From: Candidatus Fermentibacteraceae bacterium | GTDB lineage: Bacteria > Fermentibacterota > Fermentibacteria > Fermentibacterales > JCC-6 | DNA: 64,000 bases | NCBI GenBank assembly: GCA_041750285.1 | Contig: JBGSZS010000007.1 | Location: 32,001-96,000, forward strand | Direction of reading: 5' to 3' | Shown here: one piece after another, positions 27,305-37,252 of the stretch | Layout of the letters: every line of letters begins with the position of its first letter | How positions within the stretch are numbered: the first letter of the stretch is position 1 | Position numbers and translations under genes: made by a program | The notes under the pieces: generated by a model | What the model saw: only the letters and a program-made list of their open reading frames with translations | Database searches by the model: none | Told to the model about the DNA's origin: nothing

Positions 27305-28183
27305 CTATTTCTCCAGAACGAACCTGAAGTAGATCTTTTCACCCCGGCGAAGGGCGCTGTTGTAGGAGCGGGTTCCCTGAAGCCCTGCGAATTCGTTGAA
27401 GAATCCCCTCAGAAAGCCGGGAACCTTTCTGTTTATCAGCTCCCGCTTGCGGCTGTCGTCGTCCTTCAGTGCCTTGAGAACGTTTGCGCTTATGTCGGTT
27501 TCGCCCTGAATGGAAAACCCGGTCTGGCTCATCTGATGCCTGAGAGTGTCCAACTGGCTTTCCTGGCAGTAGTCGGAGTAGAGGAAATGTCCGCCCGGTC
27601 TGAGAACCCGATGGACTTCCCGGAGAAAACCCGGGATTGACCCGTAGCAGTGGGAAGATTCTATGTTCACGACGGCGTCGAATGAAGCAGGCTCAAAAGG
27701 AAGGCGTTCAGCGTTTCCCTGCTGAAAGGTCAGGCTGGGAACGCTGTAGTGGCCCTTGCAGAAAGCGATCGCCCTGGGGGAGAAATCAAGCCCGGTCATA
27801 GATCTGGGTTTGAGATATCTGGCGATGAAGGATGCGCCGCCACCCCTTCCGCTTCCCACTTCCAGGACATCACTGTCCATCAGATCAACAGCGCCAGCTA
27901 CCTGATGGTAGAGCTGGATGCTGTACCTGTTGACCTCGTCGGTCTCCTCCAGCTTCACCGGGACGTGCGAAGCGTCAAGGGATGCCCAGCCGTAGTTCAT
28001 CAGCGTCATGTCGGCATCGCGGTCGATGCGTGACATCTGGTCGTACCACCGCCTGATGACCGGCTCCCGCGCCATCATCAGCAGTTTGTAAACCGAACTG
28101 AACACAGGTGTCGAGTAGCGGCGTCGCCAGGAGACCCGTGGAGTGTCAAGGGTGGCATCAAAGGACATATCGCACACTTTCAC
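27305..28183 (-). CDS. Class I SAM-dependent methyltransferase (lipid O-methyltransferase-like)
   Basis: 'MNYGW', 'IQLYHQV', 'VLEVGSGRGGG', 'NIESSHCY', 'RVLRPGG'. Start uncertain. Confidence 0.85.
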   Translation of the reverse strand: MKVCDMSFDATLDTPRVSWRRRYSTPVFSSVYKLLMMAREPVIRRWYDQMSRIDRDADMTLMNYGWASLDASHVPVKLEETDEVNRYSIQLYHQVAGAVDLMDSDVLEVGSGRGGGASFIARYLKPRSMTGLDFSPRAIAFCKGHYSVPSLTFQQGNAERLPFEPASFDAVVNIESSHCYGSIPGFLREVHRVLRPGGHFLYSDYCQESQLDTLRHQMSQTGFSIQGETDISANVLKALKDDDSRKRELINRKVPGFLRGFFNEFAGLQGTRSYNSALRRGEKIYFRFVLEK

Positions 28184-28282
28184 GGGCTGTTCGAGCCGCT
28201 GCGTCGGGGATTACGGGATCCATGCACCGGCATGAACCAGTTATGTAACTTGTTGTAATATAGGGAAAAACGTGTCAGGGTG

Positions 28283-30058
28283 TTACCCCGCCGTTTCCAC
28301 CCTGTTCCTGCCCTTGTTTTTACCCTTGTAAAGCGCCCTGTCCGCCACCCGCAGGGCCTCGTCTATGGGAACCCTGCCGCCCTCGCAGGCGCCGAAGGTC
28401 ATCGTCAGGTCGATCATGCTGCCCTTCCAGACGAACGGCCTGCCACAGATCAGCTCACGCAGCTTCTCGGCGACCCGTGCGCAGCCATCCGGATCCGTGT
28501 CGGGAAGGAGGATCAGAAACTCCTCGCCACCCCACCTGGAAGCCAGGTCCTGCTCACGAAGCGCCCTTCGAAGCCGGTTTGAGAGCTCGACCAGGATGAC
28601 GTCGCCGCACTCGTGGCCATACTTGTCGTTGCATGCCTTGAAATTGTCGATATCGCCAAGGATCAGACCGAAACCCCTGCCGTTCCTCGCGGACCGGGCC
28701 TGTTCTCCGGTCAGGCGCTCCACCATGGCCCGGCGATTCGCAAGCCCAGTGAGGTCATCGGTTCTGGAGAGTTCCTCGACCCTTTCGTAAGCTTTCGCAA
28801 GCTCGGCGTTCTTGCCGCTGAGTTCCCTGTTGACCCTTGTTCTCAGGCGTACACTGCGGTAGACCGACGACAGCGAAATCCCGGCGAGCACAAGCATCGC
28901 TGCCGCCCCGAATATCATTGTCCGCTGCACGGCCCTGTCACGGCGCAGACGCTCGATCTCCCTCTCCTTGGCTTCGGTTTCGTAACGAAGCCTTAGGACG
29001 TCGATCTGCCTCAACCTCTTTTCAGCCATGACCTCGTCATGAAGCCTCTGCTGCCGACAGATCACTGTGAATGCTTCACCGGGCTCGCCAAGAGCGTGCA
29101 AGAGCGCCGCCTTCTCCTGGAGGATGCCCGTTTGTGCCCCCCGGTCATTAAGCTCCTGGGCAAGAGCCTCGGCTCTGTTAGAGATGTCGAGTGCTTCAAG
29201 GTTCAACCCCTGCAGCCTTCTGAGCTCGACCTGCTTCATCAGGCTCGTGAGAATGCCCCTCTTCCTGCCCATTGCCGTCGATGTTTCGAGTGATCGCTGA
29301 AAGAGCCTGTCGGCCTCCTGCAGGTCGTCGTTCAGAAGACAGACCGATCCAAGGCTGTTCAGGACGATCGAGCACAGGTATTCATCGTTTCTCTCAGTGG
29401 CTTCCGACAGGACCTGTCTGTAGACCTCCCCGGCTTCGGTCAGCATGCCCTTCTCCTGAAGCACGTCGCCCATGTTGTGCAGGATTCCCGGTATCCCCTC
29501 GGAGAAACCCTCCTCCACGTAAACGGAGTGGGAGCGCCTGTAGTAGTCGAGTGCTCCGTTTCCGTCCCCGGAGGCCTTGAGAACATTGCCGATCGTTGCC
29601 AGAAGGTGACCGGTCTGCAGCCTCGCGGATGCCGTGTCCTCCCTTTCGGCGATCTGCTCGAAGACCCTCAGGGCGCGCAGATAGTAGCGAAGGGAATGGT
29701 CCAGATTGGTGACGAAATAGTGGACATCTCCGAGACGACGCAGGCAGCGGCCCTTCTGAAGGGCGTTTCCCTGGTTGTCGAAAAGGTCGAGCGCCATTGA
29801 GTAGTGTTCGAGAGCACTCTTGTAGTCGCCCGAAACACGTCCCGAATCACCCAGCCCGAAATGGGCCGCAGCTTCCTGTTCAATGTTCCCGGTCGCGCGG
29901 GAAACCTCGAGGGCTTCCCGGGAGAGCCTTGCGCAGTTTTCGGGGTCGCTCTCCGTGACAAGGGACGCCAGCCCGTTCAGAATTCCGGCACGCTGGTTCT
30001 CGTCAGCCTTTTCAAGCCGGGATTCAAGCTCTTGTGCGCATTCCGGTCTGCCGTGCAA
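28283..30058 (-). CDS. TPR-containing diguanylate cyclase (GGDEF)
   Basis: TPR array, TM helix, 'TDDLTGLANRR', 'DIDNFK...ND.YGH..GD', 'RWGGEEF', 'KNKGRN'. Confidence 0.92.
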   Translation of the reverse strand: MHGRPECAQELESRLEKADENQRAGILNGLASLVTESDPENCARLSREALEVSRATGNIEQEAAAHFGLGDSGRVSGDYKSALEHYSMALDLFDNQGNALQKGRCLRRLGDVHYFVTNLDHSLRYYLRALRVFEQIAEREDTASARLQTGHLLATIGNVLKASGDGNGALDYYRRSHSVYVEEGFSEGIPGILHNMGDVLQEKGMLTEAGEVYRQVLSEATERNDEYLCSIVLNSLGSVCLLNDDLQEADRLFQRSLETSTAMGRKRGILTSLMKQVELRRLQGLNLEALDISNRAEALAQELNDRGAQTGILQEKAALLHALGEPGEAFTVICRQQRLHDEVMAEKRLRQIDVLRLRYETEAKEREIERLRRDRAVQRTMIFGAAAMLVLAGISLSSVYRSVRLRTRVNRELSGKNAELAKAYERVEELSRTDDLTGLANRRAMVERLTGEQARSARNGRGFGLILGDIDNFKACNDKYGHECGDVILVELSNRLRRALREQDLASRWGGEEFLILLPDTDPDGCARVAEKLRELICGRPFVWKGSMIDLTMTFGACEGGRVPIDEALRVADRALYKGKNKGRNRVETAG

Positions 30059-30077
30059 GGCCGCCTCCCGTTCCCGC

Positions 30078-30626
30078 TCAGAGCGTCAGATCAACGGACT
30101 TGACCCATCTGTGGTATGTGGTGAAGTCATCGGAGCCTTCGGGTCCGTAGCCCAGAAGGACCTTGTAGCTGCCGCCTGCGGTCAGCACTTTGTCGAACCT
30201 GTCACCGGAGTTCCGCGGGATGGTGAAAGTGATGACCGTCACACCGTCAGCCTCGGTTCCGGAGAGGCTTCTGAAGCTGCTTTCGCCGCCAAGGCTGGTG
30301 TCGGGGGCGTGGGAGGTGTTGCCCGTGCCGAAGTCGTCCCTGAGATAGACCTCTCCATCCTGCACGTATCCGATGTAGATGTCTGCGTCCTTCATCACCC
30401 GGGAAGGCTCGAACCCAACCGATACCCATCCCGTGGTGGGGGCGCTTATGCTTATCTCAAGGGAATCGGTTTCAAGCCTTATGGTCAGGGTGACTCCGTC
30501 TGCGGTATGGACGACGGGGGAGTCGGGAGCGTTCCGGGTGTCGTTTCCTGCTTCGGCGCCGCTCGTGCACGCCGGAACCAGAACGAGCGCCAGGGCTATC
30601 TGCAGACCTGCCATTTGTTTCTTCAT
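30078..30626 (-). CDS. DOMON domain lipoprotein
   Basis: Lipobox-like 'LVPAC'; 'GWVSVGF...MKDADIYIG', 'ITFTIP', 'YH' (Met/His putative haem ligands). Confidence 0.8.
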   Translation of the reverse strand: MKKQMAGLQIALALVLVPACTSGAEAGNDTRNAPDSPVVHTADGVTLTIRLETDSLEISISAPTTGWVSVGFEPSRVMKDADIYIGYVQDGEVYLRDDFGTGNTSHAPDTSLGGESSFRSLSGTEADGVTVITFTIPRNSGDRFDKVLTAGGSYKVLLGYGPEGSDDFTTYHRWVKSVDLTL

Positions 30627-30716
30627 ACAGCCTCCCATCGTTTTCGTTTTGCACAGGCATAGACATAATGGGAATGTTTCGCATGAGATAACCAGGGTGA
30701 ATTGGAAGGGGAGACA

Positions 30717-30947
30717 ATGAACAGACAGAAAGCCCTTCGGGCGCTGAACCCGGTCATGCTCCTGGTTCTGCTCTACCAGGGGGTGACAGGCATCTTCAGG
30801 TTCAGCTTCTACGAACACTTCAAGCTGATGCATCCGATCTTCGGCCTCGTGCTCCTTCTGCTGGGGGTGTTGCATCTCATCCTGAACTGGCCGTGGGTCA
30901 GGTCGAACTACCTTTCCGGGAAGAAGAGGAGCAGACAGGCAGGGTAA
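30717..30947 (+). CDS. Small two-TM protein, DUF4405-like
   Basis: 'TG', 'HPIFG', 'HLILNWPW'. Confidence 0.65.
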   Translation: MNRQKALRALNPVMLLVLLYQGVTGIFRFSFYEHFKLMHPIFGLVLLLLGVLHLILNWPWVRSNYLSGKKRSRQAG

Positions 30948-31072
30948 CCCTCATTTCCTGTTTTGAACACAGGCTCCGTCCGTCGGGAATTTCTGCCGAA
31001 CGGACCGCACTGGTGCATTGGTGCGACAATGCCCATAAATCCTTTTGGTCGATCCGCTGAAGGGGGAGTCGC

Positions 31073-32140
31073 ATGAGCCGTCTGTATGCAGGGGGACTTG
31101 GACGAAAGAGCGGGCAGGCACCCGGTACGCTTATCCATGTCGGGGATAAGCATGACTCGAAGGTGACCCTTGCCATTATGGACTACACCGCCGTGGATCT
31201 CACTGAGCTGAGATCCATGACACTCGAAGAAGCCCTTTCCTTCAGGGCTTCGAGCGCAGTTACCTGGCTGGATGTAGCGGGCCTTTCCGACACTTCGACG
31301 GTGGGGACCCTCTGCAGCCATTTCGGAGTTCACACCCTCGTTCAGGAGGATGTGCTCCACACGGCGCAGCGTCCCAAGGTTGACATCTACGAGGATCATG
31401 TCTTCATGGTGGTCAAGATGATCAGGTATGATGAAGAAAGCCGCGAGCTGGACATCGAACAGGTCAGCCTCGTTCTCGGAGATGGATTTGTGATAACGTT
31501 CCAGGAAAGGGAAGGGGATGTTTTCGATCCGGTCCGGCAGAGGATCCGCTCAGGGAAAGGAGCGGTTCGGACCCGGGGCGCCGATTACCTGGCCTACGCA
31601 CTGATGGACGCAGTGGTTGACAACTACTTCCTGGCGCTGGAGGAGATGGGGGAGGATATCGAGAAGATCGAGACTGCAGTCCTTGACCATCCGGACAACG
31701 ACGTGGTCTCATCGATCCACCGCCTGAAACGGGAACTGATACTCCTGAGAAGGGCGGTCTGGCCCCTGAGGGAAGGGTTCGGAACTCTCATGCGTGACTC
31801 CACCCCGCTGGTGAAGCCAGCCACCGTGCCCTTCATCAGGGACCTTCACGATCATGCGTTCCGGGTCATGGATACGGTCGAGACGTTCAGGGAGCTGGTT
31901 TCGGGTCTGCTTGACGTCTACCTCTCAAGCGTCAGCAACAGGATGAACCAGGTCATGAAGGTCCTGACGATAATCGCCACCATCTTCATCCCCCTTACGT
32001 TCATTGCCGGCATCTACGGGATGAACTTCAGGCACATGCCCGAACTGGCTTATCCCTGGGCGTACCCGGCCGTGCTTGCCCTTTGTCTTCTTATCGCGCT
32101 GGGAATGATCCTCGGTTTTCGAAGGAAGGGCTGGTTCTGA
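31073..32140 (+). CDS. corA: Magnesium/cobalt transporter CorA
   Basis: 'QRPK', 'TFQE', 'MKVLT', 'IYGMNF..MPEL'. Confidence 0.96.
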   Translation: MSRLYAGGLGRKSGQAPGTLIHVGDKHDSKVTLAIMDYTAVDLTELRSMTLEEALSFRASSAVTWLDVAGLSDTSTVGTLCSHFGVHTLVQEDVLHTAQRPKVDIYEDHVFMVVKMIRYDEESRELDIEQVSLVLGDGFVITFQEREGDVFDPVRQRIRSGKGAVRTRGADYLAYALMDAVVDNYFLALEEMGEDIEKIETAVLDHPDNDVVSSIHRLKRELILLRRAVWPLREGFGTLMRDSTPLVKPATVPFIRDLHDHAFRVMDTVETFRELVSGLLDVYLSSVSNRMNQVMKVLTIIATIFIPLTFIAGIYGMNFRHMPELAYPWAYPAVLALCLLIALGMILGFRRKGWF

Positions 32141-32193
32141 CGCTGCCAGTCCTTCTTGACTATATTTATCCTTTGATAACAGTGGGGTGACAC

Positions 32194-33219
32194 ATGCGTC
32201 TTGCTCATTTCCGGCCGGTGCTGCGGTGTGCCGTGATCGTTTTGGTTTCAGCCTCTGCAGCAGCGTTTGACCTTTCGGGTCAGGTATTCGCCCGTTACGA
32301 GATAAAGGGCGAACCGGCCTTCGGACCCTCGGGGGAGTTCCTCATCGAGAGGGCAAGCGTCACCGCAGGATCCGGACTGGGATCGAACCTGTCGGTCGAG
32401 CTTGAACTCGAGACCCGCCCCGACGAGGTCTACCTCAAGGATTGTTTCCTCTCATGGTCGCCGAACGATCTGATTGGTCTCACCCTGGGGCAGTTCAAGA
32501 AGCCCTTCTGTCTCGCCACTGAGAAGTCTAACTGGAACATGCTCTCCGTCGGGCGTCCATTGACGCACGACATTGTCAGCGACCTCGGGTACTCCGGCAG
32601 GTCGCCCGGGTTCATGCTGGAACTCACCGTTCCGTTTTCCCTTCGCACCACTCTCAGTGCCGGGGTCTTCAACGGTCCCGGGACCGAAAGCGAGAAGATG
32701 TACGTTGCAGCGCTTTCAGTGGAACCCATTGCCGACGTCGTTCTGGGTGCAGCCGTTTCACGTCTGCGGCTCGGTGAGTACGACCCCGCGCAGCCTTCCG
32801 GGTACATCGCCTCGGAAGGAATGGCGGCATACTCCGGCTACATCAGTGCAGAGCGGCCAGTTACATCTTCCACCACGCTGATGCTGGACGCCGAGTACGT
32901 CACAGGCCGGAACTGGGAAGAGGCCGATGTCGTTTACGGAGAGGTTCCTCCCGGCTTTCGATCCTATTGGGTGTCCGGCGCTTTTGAAAGACGACTGAGG
33001 AGTGTTCCGGGTTTGCGGTCGCTGGAAGCCGGGCTGTCCTGGTCGGTTTCCACACCCGAAACCGGCCTGTCTCAGAGTGAGCAGGTCCTGGCGCCCATGG
33101 TCGGTCTGGGTATCACCTCCAGCGCGCGGCTGCGGTTCTCGATGTCAAGCACCAGCTTCACTGGGGGGACGCAGGACGGGTACACCGACTACCTGACAGA
33201 ACTCGCGGTAAGGTTCTGA
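32194..33219 (+). CDS. Outer-membrane porin, resembling the phosphate-selective porin O/P family
   Basis: Signal peptide; 'YLKDCF', 'LTLGQFKKPF..E', 'GVFNG', 'AEY'; alternating beta strands; C-terminal F. Confidence 0.7.
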   Translation: MRLAHFRPVLRCAVIVLVSASAAAFDLSGQVFARYEIKGEPAFGPSGEFLIERASVTAGSGLGSNLSVELELETRPDEVYLKDCFLSWSPNDLIGLTLGQFKKPFCLATEKSNWNMLSVGRPLTHDIVSDLGYSGRSPGFMLELTVPFSLRTTLSAGVFNGPGTESEKMYVAALSVEPIADVVLGAAVSRLRLGEYDPAQPSGYIASEGMAAYSGYISAERPVTSSTTLMLDAEYVTGRNWEEADVVYGEVPPGFRSYWVSGAFERRLRSVPGLRSLEAGLSWSVSTPETGLSQSEQVLAPMVGLGITSSARLRFSMSSTSFTGGTQDGYTDYLTELAVRF

Positions 33220-34001
33220 TGGAAACCCGGCTGATGAAACTCCACTTCCACCGCTACGAGTTCAAGTACACCGTTTCAGGTGAAGTGGCAGGCACCGTTC
33301 TGGCCACACTCGAGAACAGGATGGAACGGGATTCGCACTCCTCCGCGGAGGGGTCGTACCCTGTCAGAAGCCTCTACTTCGATACCGCTTCCTTCGCATA
33401 CCACAGGCAGAAGGAGGACGGCCTCCATTCCAGATACAAGTTCAGGATCAGGTCGTACTCACCGGACGCCGCCGAGCCTGTTTTTTTGGAGCTCAAGGGC
33501 AAGCAGGACTGCCTGGTCTACAAGCACAGACACGAGATCCCCTTCACGGGTTTTCCCGAAGCCATGGCCGGAGGCATGGGAAAACTCTGCTCGTTCATAA
33601 TGGAGAGCCCGGGCTGCAATGGTGTGGGGCGCCACTTCGTTGCGGACTGCTTCCGCAACCGGCTGTCACCGAGCGTTGTGGTGGATTACTGCAGAACGGC
33701 CTTCGAGAACAGCGCCAACCCTGATTTTCGCGCGACCATAGACAGGAATGTCACTGCCTGGAAGGCTTCCAGGGACGGCTCCCCGGTGGGTTCCCCCGTA
33801 GATCTGTCACCGGGTTTCGACGTACTCGAGATCAAGTTCAGATATCATCTGCCGGGCTGGTTTCACAGGCTTGCACAGGGTCTTGAGCTGACCCGTGTAT
33901 CCTTCTCGAAGTTTTACAATGCCGGAGACAGGCTCTGGATGGCAAACACCGGTTCACAGTTGAACAGGATGGTGGAGAGGGGGCGCTCTTGGCCGCTCTG
34001 A
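33219..34001 (+). CDS. VTC-domain polyphosphate polymerase (CYTH/TTM fold)
   Basis: 'RYEFKY', 'VRSLYFDT', 'KFRIRSY', 'LELKGK', 'RATID', 'LEIKF', 'FSKF'; TGATG coupling to the porin gene. Confidence 0.9.
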   Translation: METRLMKLHFHRYEFKYTVSGEVAGTVLATLENRMERDSHSSAEGSYPVRSLYFDTASFAYHRQKEDGLHSRYKFRIRSYSPDAAEPVFLELKGKQDCLVYKHRHEIPFTGFPEAMAGGMGKLCSFIMESPGCNGVGRHFVADCFRNRLSPSVVVDYCRTAFENSANPDFRATIDRNVTAWKASRDGSPVGSPVDLSPGFDVLEIKFRYHLPGWFHRLAQGLELTRVSFSKFYNAGDRLWMANTGSQLNRMVERGRSWPL

Positions 34002-34681
34002 TCGCGTGGTTTACGGAAACTGACATGGCAATGGGCTACAGCCTTCTCTACGTTCTTGAGAACCTGTTCGCGGCCCTCCTGACCGGGCTGTTCATCGGGT
34101 ACGTCTACCGCAAGACCCACAGGGGTCTTTCGTACAGCCAGTCACTTGTCATCACGCTTGTGCTCATGTGTCTGATCGTCTGCTCCGTGATGATGGTCAT
34201 CGGAAGCAATCTGGCCAGGGCCTTCGCCCTTGTGGGCGCCCTCACCATCGTCCGCTTCCGGACCGTGGTGAAGGACACCCGCGATACGGCCTTCATCTTC
34301 TTCGCCCTCACCGAAGGCATTGCTTGCGGAACCGCCAATATCAGGCTTGCCCTGCTCTCGACCATTTTCATCAGCCTGGTCGCCTGGCTTCTGGCCCGGA
34401 CCAACTACGGAAGCATGATGCAGAGCGAATTCATACTCAGGTTCCGTTACGACCGGGAGGGCGGAGGCGAAGAGCAGTACGTCGAGCTCATAAGGCGGTT
34501 CTCCAGAAACAGCACCCTGATCCATGTCGAACCGGCGGGAGATGGACGATACCTGGTGCTTACCTACGACATCAGGCTTACCCCTGGCACAACCCCTGCG
34601 GTTCTGGCCACGAGTCTGAACGCGCTCGTGGGAGTGGACAGCGTGAACATGGTTTCGTCCTGCAACGACGTGGAGTATTGA
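33989..34681 (+). CDS. DUF4956 membrane protein
   Basis: 'VIGSNLARAFALVGALTIVRFRTVVKD.RD..FIF....G...G'. Confidence 0.9.
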   Translation: MAALIAWFTETDMAMGYSLLYVLENLFAALLTGLFIGYVYRKTHRGLSYSQSLVITLVLMCLIVCSVMMVIGSNLARAFALVGALTIVRFRTVVKDTRDTAFIFFALTEGIACGTANIRLALLSTIFISLVAWLLARTNYGSMMQSEFILRFRYDREGGGEEQYVELIRRFSRNSTLIHVEPAGDGRYLVLTYDIRLTPGTTPAVLATSLNALVGVDSVNMVSSCNDVEY

Positions 34682-34705
34682 CAGTGGTGAAGACTGAATC
34701 GAGGG

Positions 34706-37252
34706 ATGAAAGCGATGACCTTTCTTGTCATTCTTTCAGTGGCGCTGACCGCGGAGGGGCTGTGGCACTACGATCTGGTCATCGAACCGCAGTACCTCGA
34801 GGCCCTCTACAGCGATCCTGCAACCGAGGTTCTCTACCCGGGCCACATCTCCTGCCCCGGTGGTGAGAGCGACTGCCTGGTTGGTTTCAGGGGAACGACA
34901 TCCCTGAACCTGCCCAAGAAATCCTGGAGGATGGACCTGTTCGACCCCGGCATCATCGGAAGGGGCAGGTTGAACCTCGACGCCCAATACAGGGACCTGA
35001 CAATGATGCGCAACCACCTGTCGATGGAGCTGGTGAGACGTTTGGGATACCCGGCTCCCCTGACAAGACATGTCACGTTCTCGGTCAACGGAGTGTACAT
35101 GGGCGTATACCTTGAAACCGAGCGCATAGACAATGACTTCATGCTGCGGAACAGTCTTCCTGAGGGCTCGGTGTTCAAGGCTGTAGACGGACAGGCCAGG
35201 TTCGCCCTTTTCCTGTCCGGCAATCCCCCGGGAGCAGGGTTCGAGTGGCCCACGGGCGACGAGGGGATGCTGCCGGAGCTTGCCGCCCTCATCGGCGACG
35301 TATGCCTTGGGAGGGAGTATGAGAGACGGTTCGACACCGACCAGTTCATCGCCAACATGGCAGTGAACCTGGCGGTGATGGAAACCGACGGACCGTGCAA
35401 GAACTACCACCTGGCCCTGGGTGCAGACGGGATATGGCGCTACTTTCCATGGGACCATGACGCCACCTTCGGAAACGACTGGGAAGGTGTATTCCATCCC
35501 GAATTTGTCTCTCTGCCTTATGTGGGCCAGATGCAGCTTCTCACCCTCTTCCACCAGGTGTTGAGGACTCCCGGTCATCGTGAGACCTTCAGGCTCAGGC
35601 TGGAGGAAGCGGCTGCGCTCATGGCGGGAGAGCTTTCCGAAAGCCTGGATTCCGTGAGAAGCGCCATCCGCTCCGACGTTTACCTCGACCCCCTGAGGCC
35701 GGGGACCCCGGGCGACTTTGAATCGGCATGCGACAGTCTGGCGTGGTTCATCGAGGAACGGGCTTCCGTGGCGCCCTCGTTCCACCTGCATCACCGCACG
35801 CCTGACACGCTTTCCATGTCTGTCGAACCTTGCTGGGTAGTTCCCGGAACCCAGTACATGACCGTGAACGGATATTCCTCAGACTCGCTCGACTACTGCA
35901 GCCTTGTCGCCATCCCCGACGGCGGCCAGCCCTTCGAGCTCGAGATGAACGAGGTGCCCGGTACCGCCGGAAGGGAATGGACCTTCACCATGAGCGCGAC
36001 CGGGGGTTTCGAGTCGAGCCTCAGGCTTTATCTGAAGTTCACCCAGGCAACAGTGCTTCCAAGGAAGCCTGTGATAAGGTTTCCGCCCTACGCAGTCTTT
36101 GCCGGAGCCTACAACGGCGAGGCGTTTCCATCGGCGGTGAGGCTGAACGCCGTCCCCGACCTCTCCACGCTGCTGCCCGGAATGCAGTTGAGGCTGGGCC
36201 CCTCGCTCTGGGCGCTTCCGCTTGTCAATTCGGGGGGTTCCTCAATGGATGTCTCCCTGTGCCACGTTCTCCTGGGAGAGCCCCCGGGCCTTGTATTTTT
36301 CCCGGAAAGCCTGATGCTTGCACCAGGTGAGACACTTTTCGTCAGCAACGATCTTGAGGCCTTTTCAATGGAACTCCCCGGCAGAAAGACAGTGGGAAAC
36401 TGCCGGGCCCTTTCCGCGTCAGGATCGACCCTGACCATCCATGATCCGGGCTGGACCCCCTGCGAATCCTTCACCATACCGGCCGGGGAGAGGACCCTGT
36501 CGGTCGCGGCCGACACTCCGCTGATCACGGAGATCTGTTTCTCCCAGCCGATCCTCTTAAATCCGGGCGACTGGATGGAGCTGCACAATCCGGGTCCAGC
36601 CTGGCTCGACCTCTCCCATACGGGAATATCCGATGCCAGCCCCGGACACATGGTCTTCCCTTCCGGCACGCAGATACCCCCTTTCGGCTTCCTTGTCCTG
36701 GCTTCAGACGTTGACCTGTTCAGGGCCCGTTTTCCCGGTGTCGGCTGCCAGATCATGGACATGGGGTTCAGCCTGTCGTCCGACGGCGAGGACATAAGGT
36801 TCGTGAGCAGGACCGGGACGACAACGGAGCTTGTGAAGTACTCGTCCGAACCGCCCTGGCCCGGGGCCGACCAGGGGATAATCGCCCTGATCAGCCCGGG
36901 TTTCGACCAGACCGATCCGCTGTCGTGGGAGGCGGTTGCGCAGCCCGGAAGCCCGGGATCGGGCAATCCACTGTGGTACCAGAATGAGGGGGGGTTCGTT
37001 ACCCTGGGTCCGGTGACACCCAACCCGGTAAGGGGCGGACAACTGAGTTTCACACTTTCGGGAGGCTCGGGCGAGGTCCAGGTGTCTGTCATCGACCTTG
37101 CGGGCCGTATCGTTCACAGGGCGGGAGACCTGGGATCGGGTCAATCCATGCACACCATCGAATTCTCCGGTGGGCTTCCGCCCGGGGTGTATTTCCTCGT
37201 GGCCCGTTCCGCCGGCAGGATCAGCACTGGAAGGTTTCTATGGCTGCCCTGA
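34706..37252 (+). CDS. CotH-family kinase + lamin-tail domain(s) + T9SS-type CTD
   Basis: Signal peptide; 'RGTTS...PKKSW', 'YMGVY...E.ID', 'ETDGPCKNYHL', 'FPWDHDATFG'; LTD 'ITEI...DWMELHN'; CTD 'TPNP...DLAGR...GVYFL'. Confidence 0.88.
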   Translation: MKAMTFLVILSVALTAEGLWHYDLVIEPQYLEALYSDPATEVLYPGHISCPGGESDCLVGFRGTTSLNLPKKSWRMDLFDPGIIGRGRLNLDAQYRDLTMMRNHLSMELVRRLGYPAPLTRHVTFSVNGVYMGVYLETERIDNDFMLRNSLPEGSVFKAVDGQARFALFLSGNPPGAGFEWPTGDEGMLPELAALIGDVCLGREYERRFDTDQFIANMAVNLAVMETDGPCKNYHLALGADGIWRYFPWDHDATFGNDWEGVFHPEFVSLPYVGQMQLLTLFHQVLRTPGHRETFRLRLEEAAALMAGELSESLDSVRSAIRSDVYLDPLRPGTPGDFESACDSLAWFIEERASVAPSFHLHHRTPDTLSMSVEPCWVVPGTQYMTVNGYSSDSLDYCSLVAIPDGGQPFELEMNEVPGTAGREWTFTMSATGGFESSLRLYLKFTQATVLPRKPVIRFPPYAVFAGAYNGEAFPSAVRLNAVPDLSTLLPGMQLRLGPSLWALPLVNSGGSSMDVSLCHVLLGEPPGLVFFPESLMLAPGETLFVSNDLEAFSMELPGRKTVGNCRALSASGSTLTIHDPGWTPCESFTIPAGERTLSVAADTPLITEICFSQPILLNPGDWMELHNPGPAWLDLSHTGISDASPGHMVFPSGTQIPPFGFLVLASDVDLFRARFPGVGCQIMDMGFSLSSDGEDIRFVSRTGTTTELVKYSSEPPWPGADQGIIALISPGFDQTDPLSWEAVAQPGSPGSGNPLWYQNEGGFVTLGPVTPNPVRGGQLSFTLSGGSGEVQVSVIDLAGRIVHRAGDLGSGQSMHTIEFSGGLPPGVYFLVARSAGRISTGRFLWLP

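Noticed and set aside
28230..28275. AT-rich patch with weak dyad (AGTTATGTAACT), possible att or IHF site
   Set aside because: Short and imperfect, with no second copy or integrase; most simply the methyltransferase promoter region.
32156..32185. Promoter or Pho box upstream of the porin-VTC operon
   Set aside because: TTGACT is present, but there is no convincing -10 at proper spacing and no clear 11-bp-periodic direct repeat.
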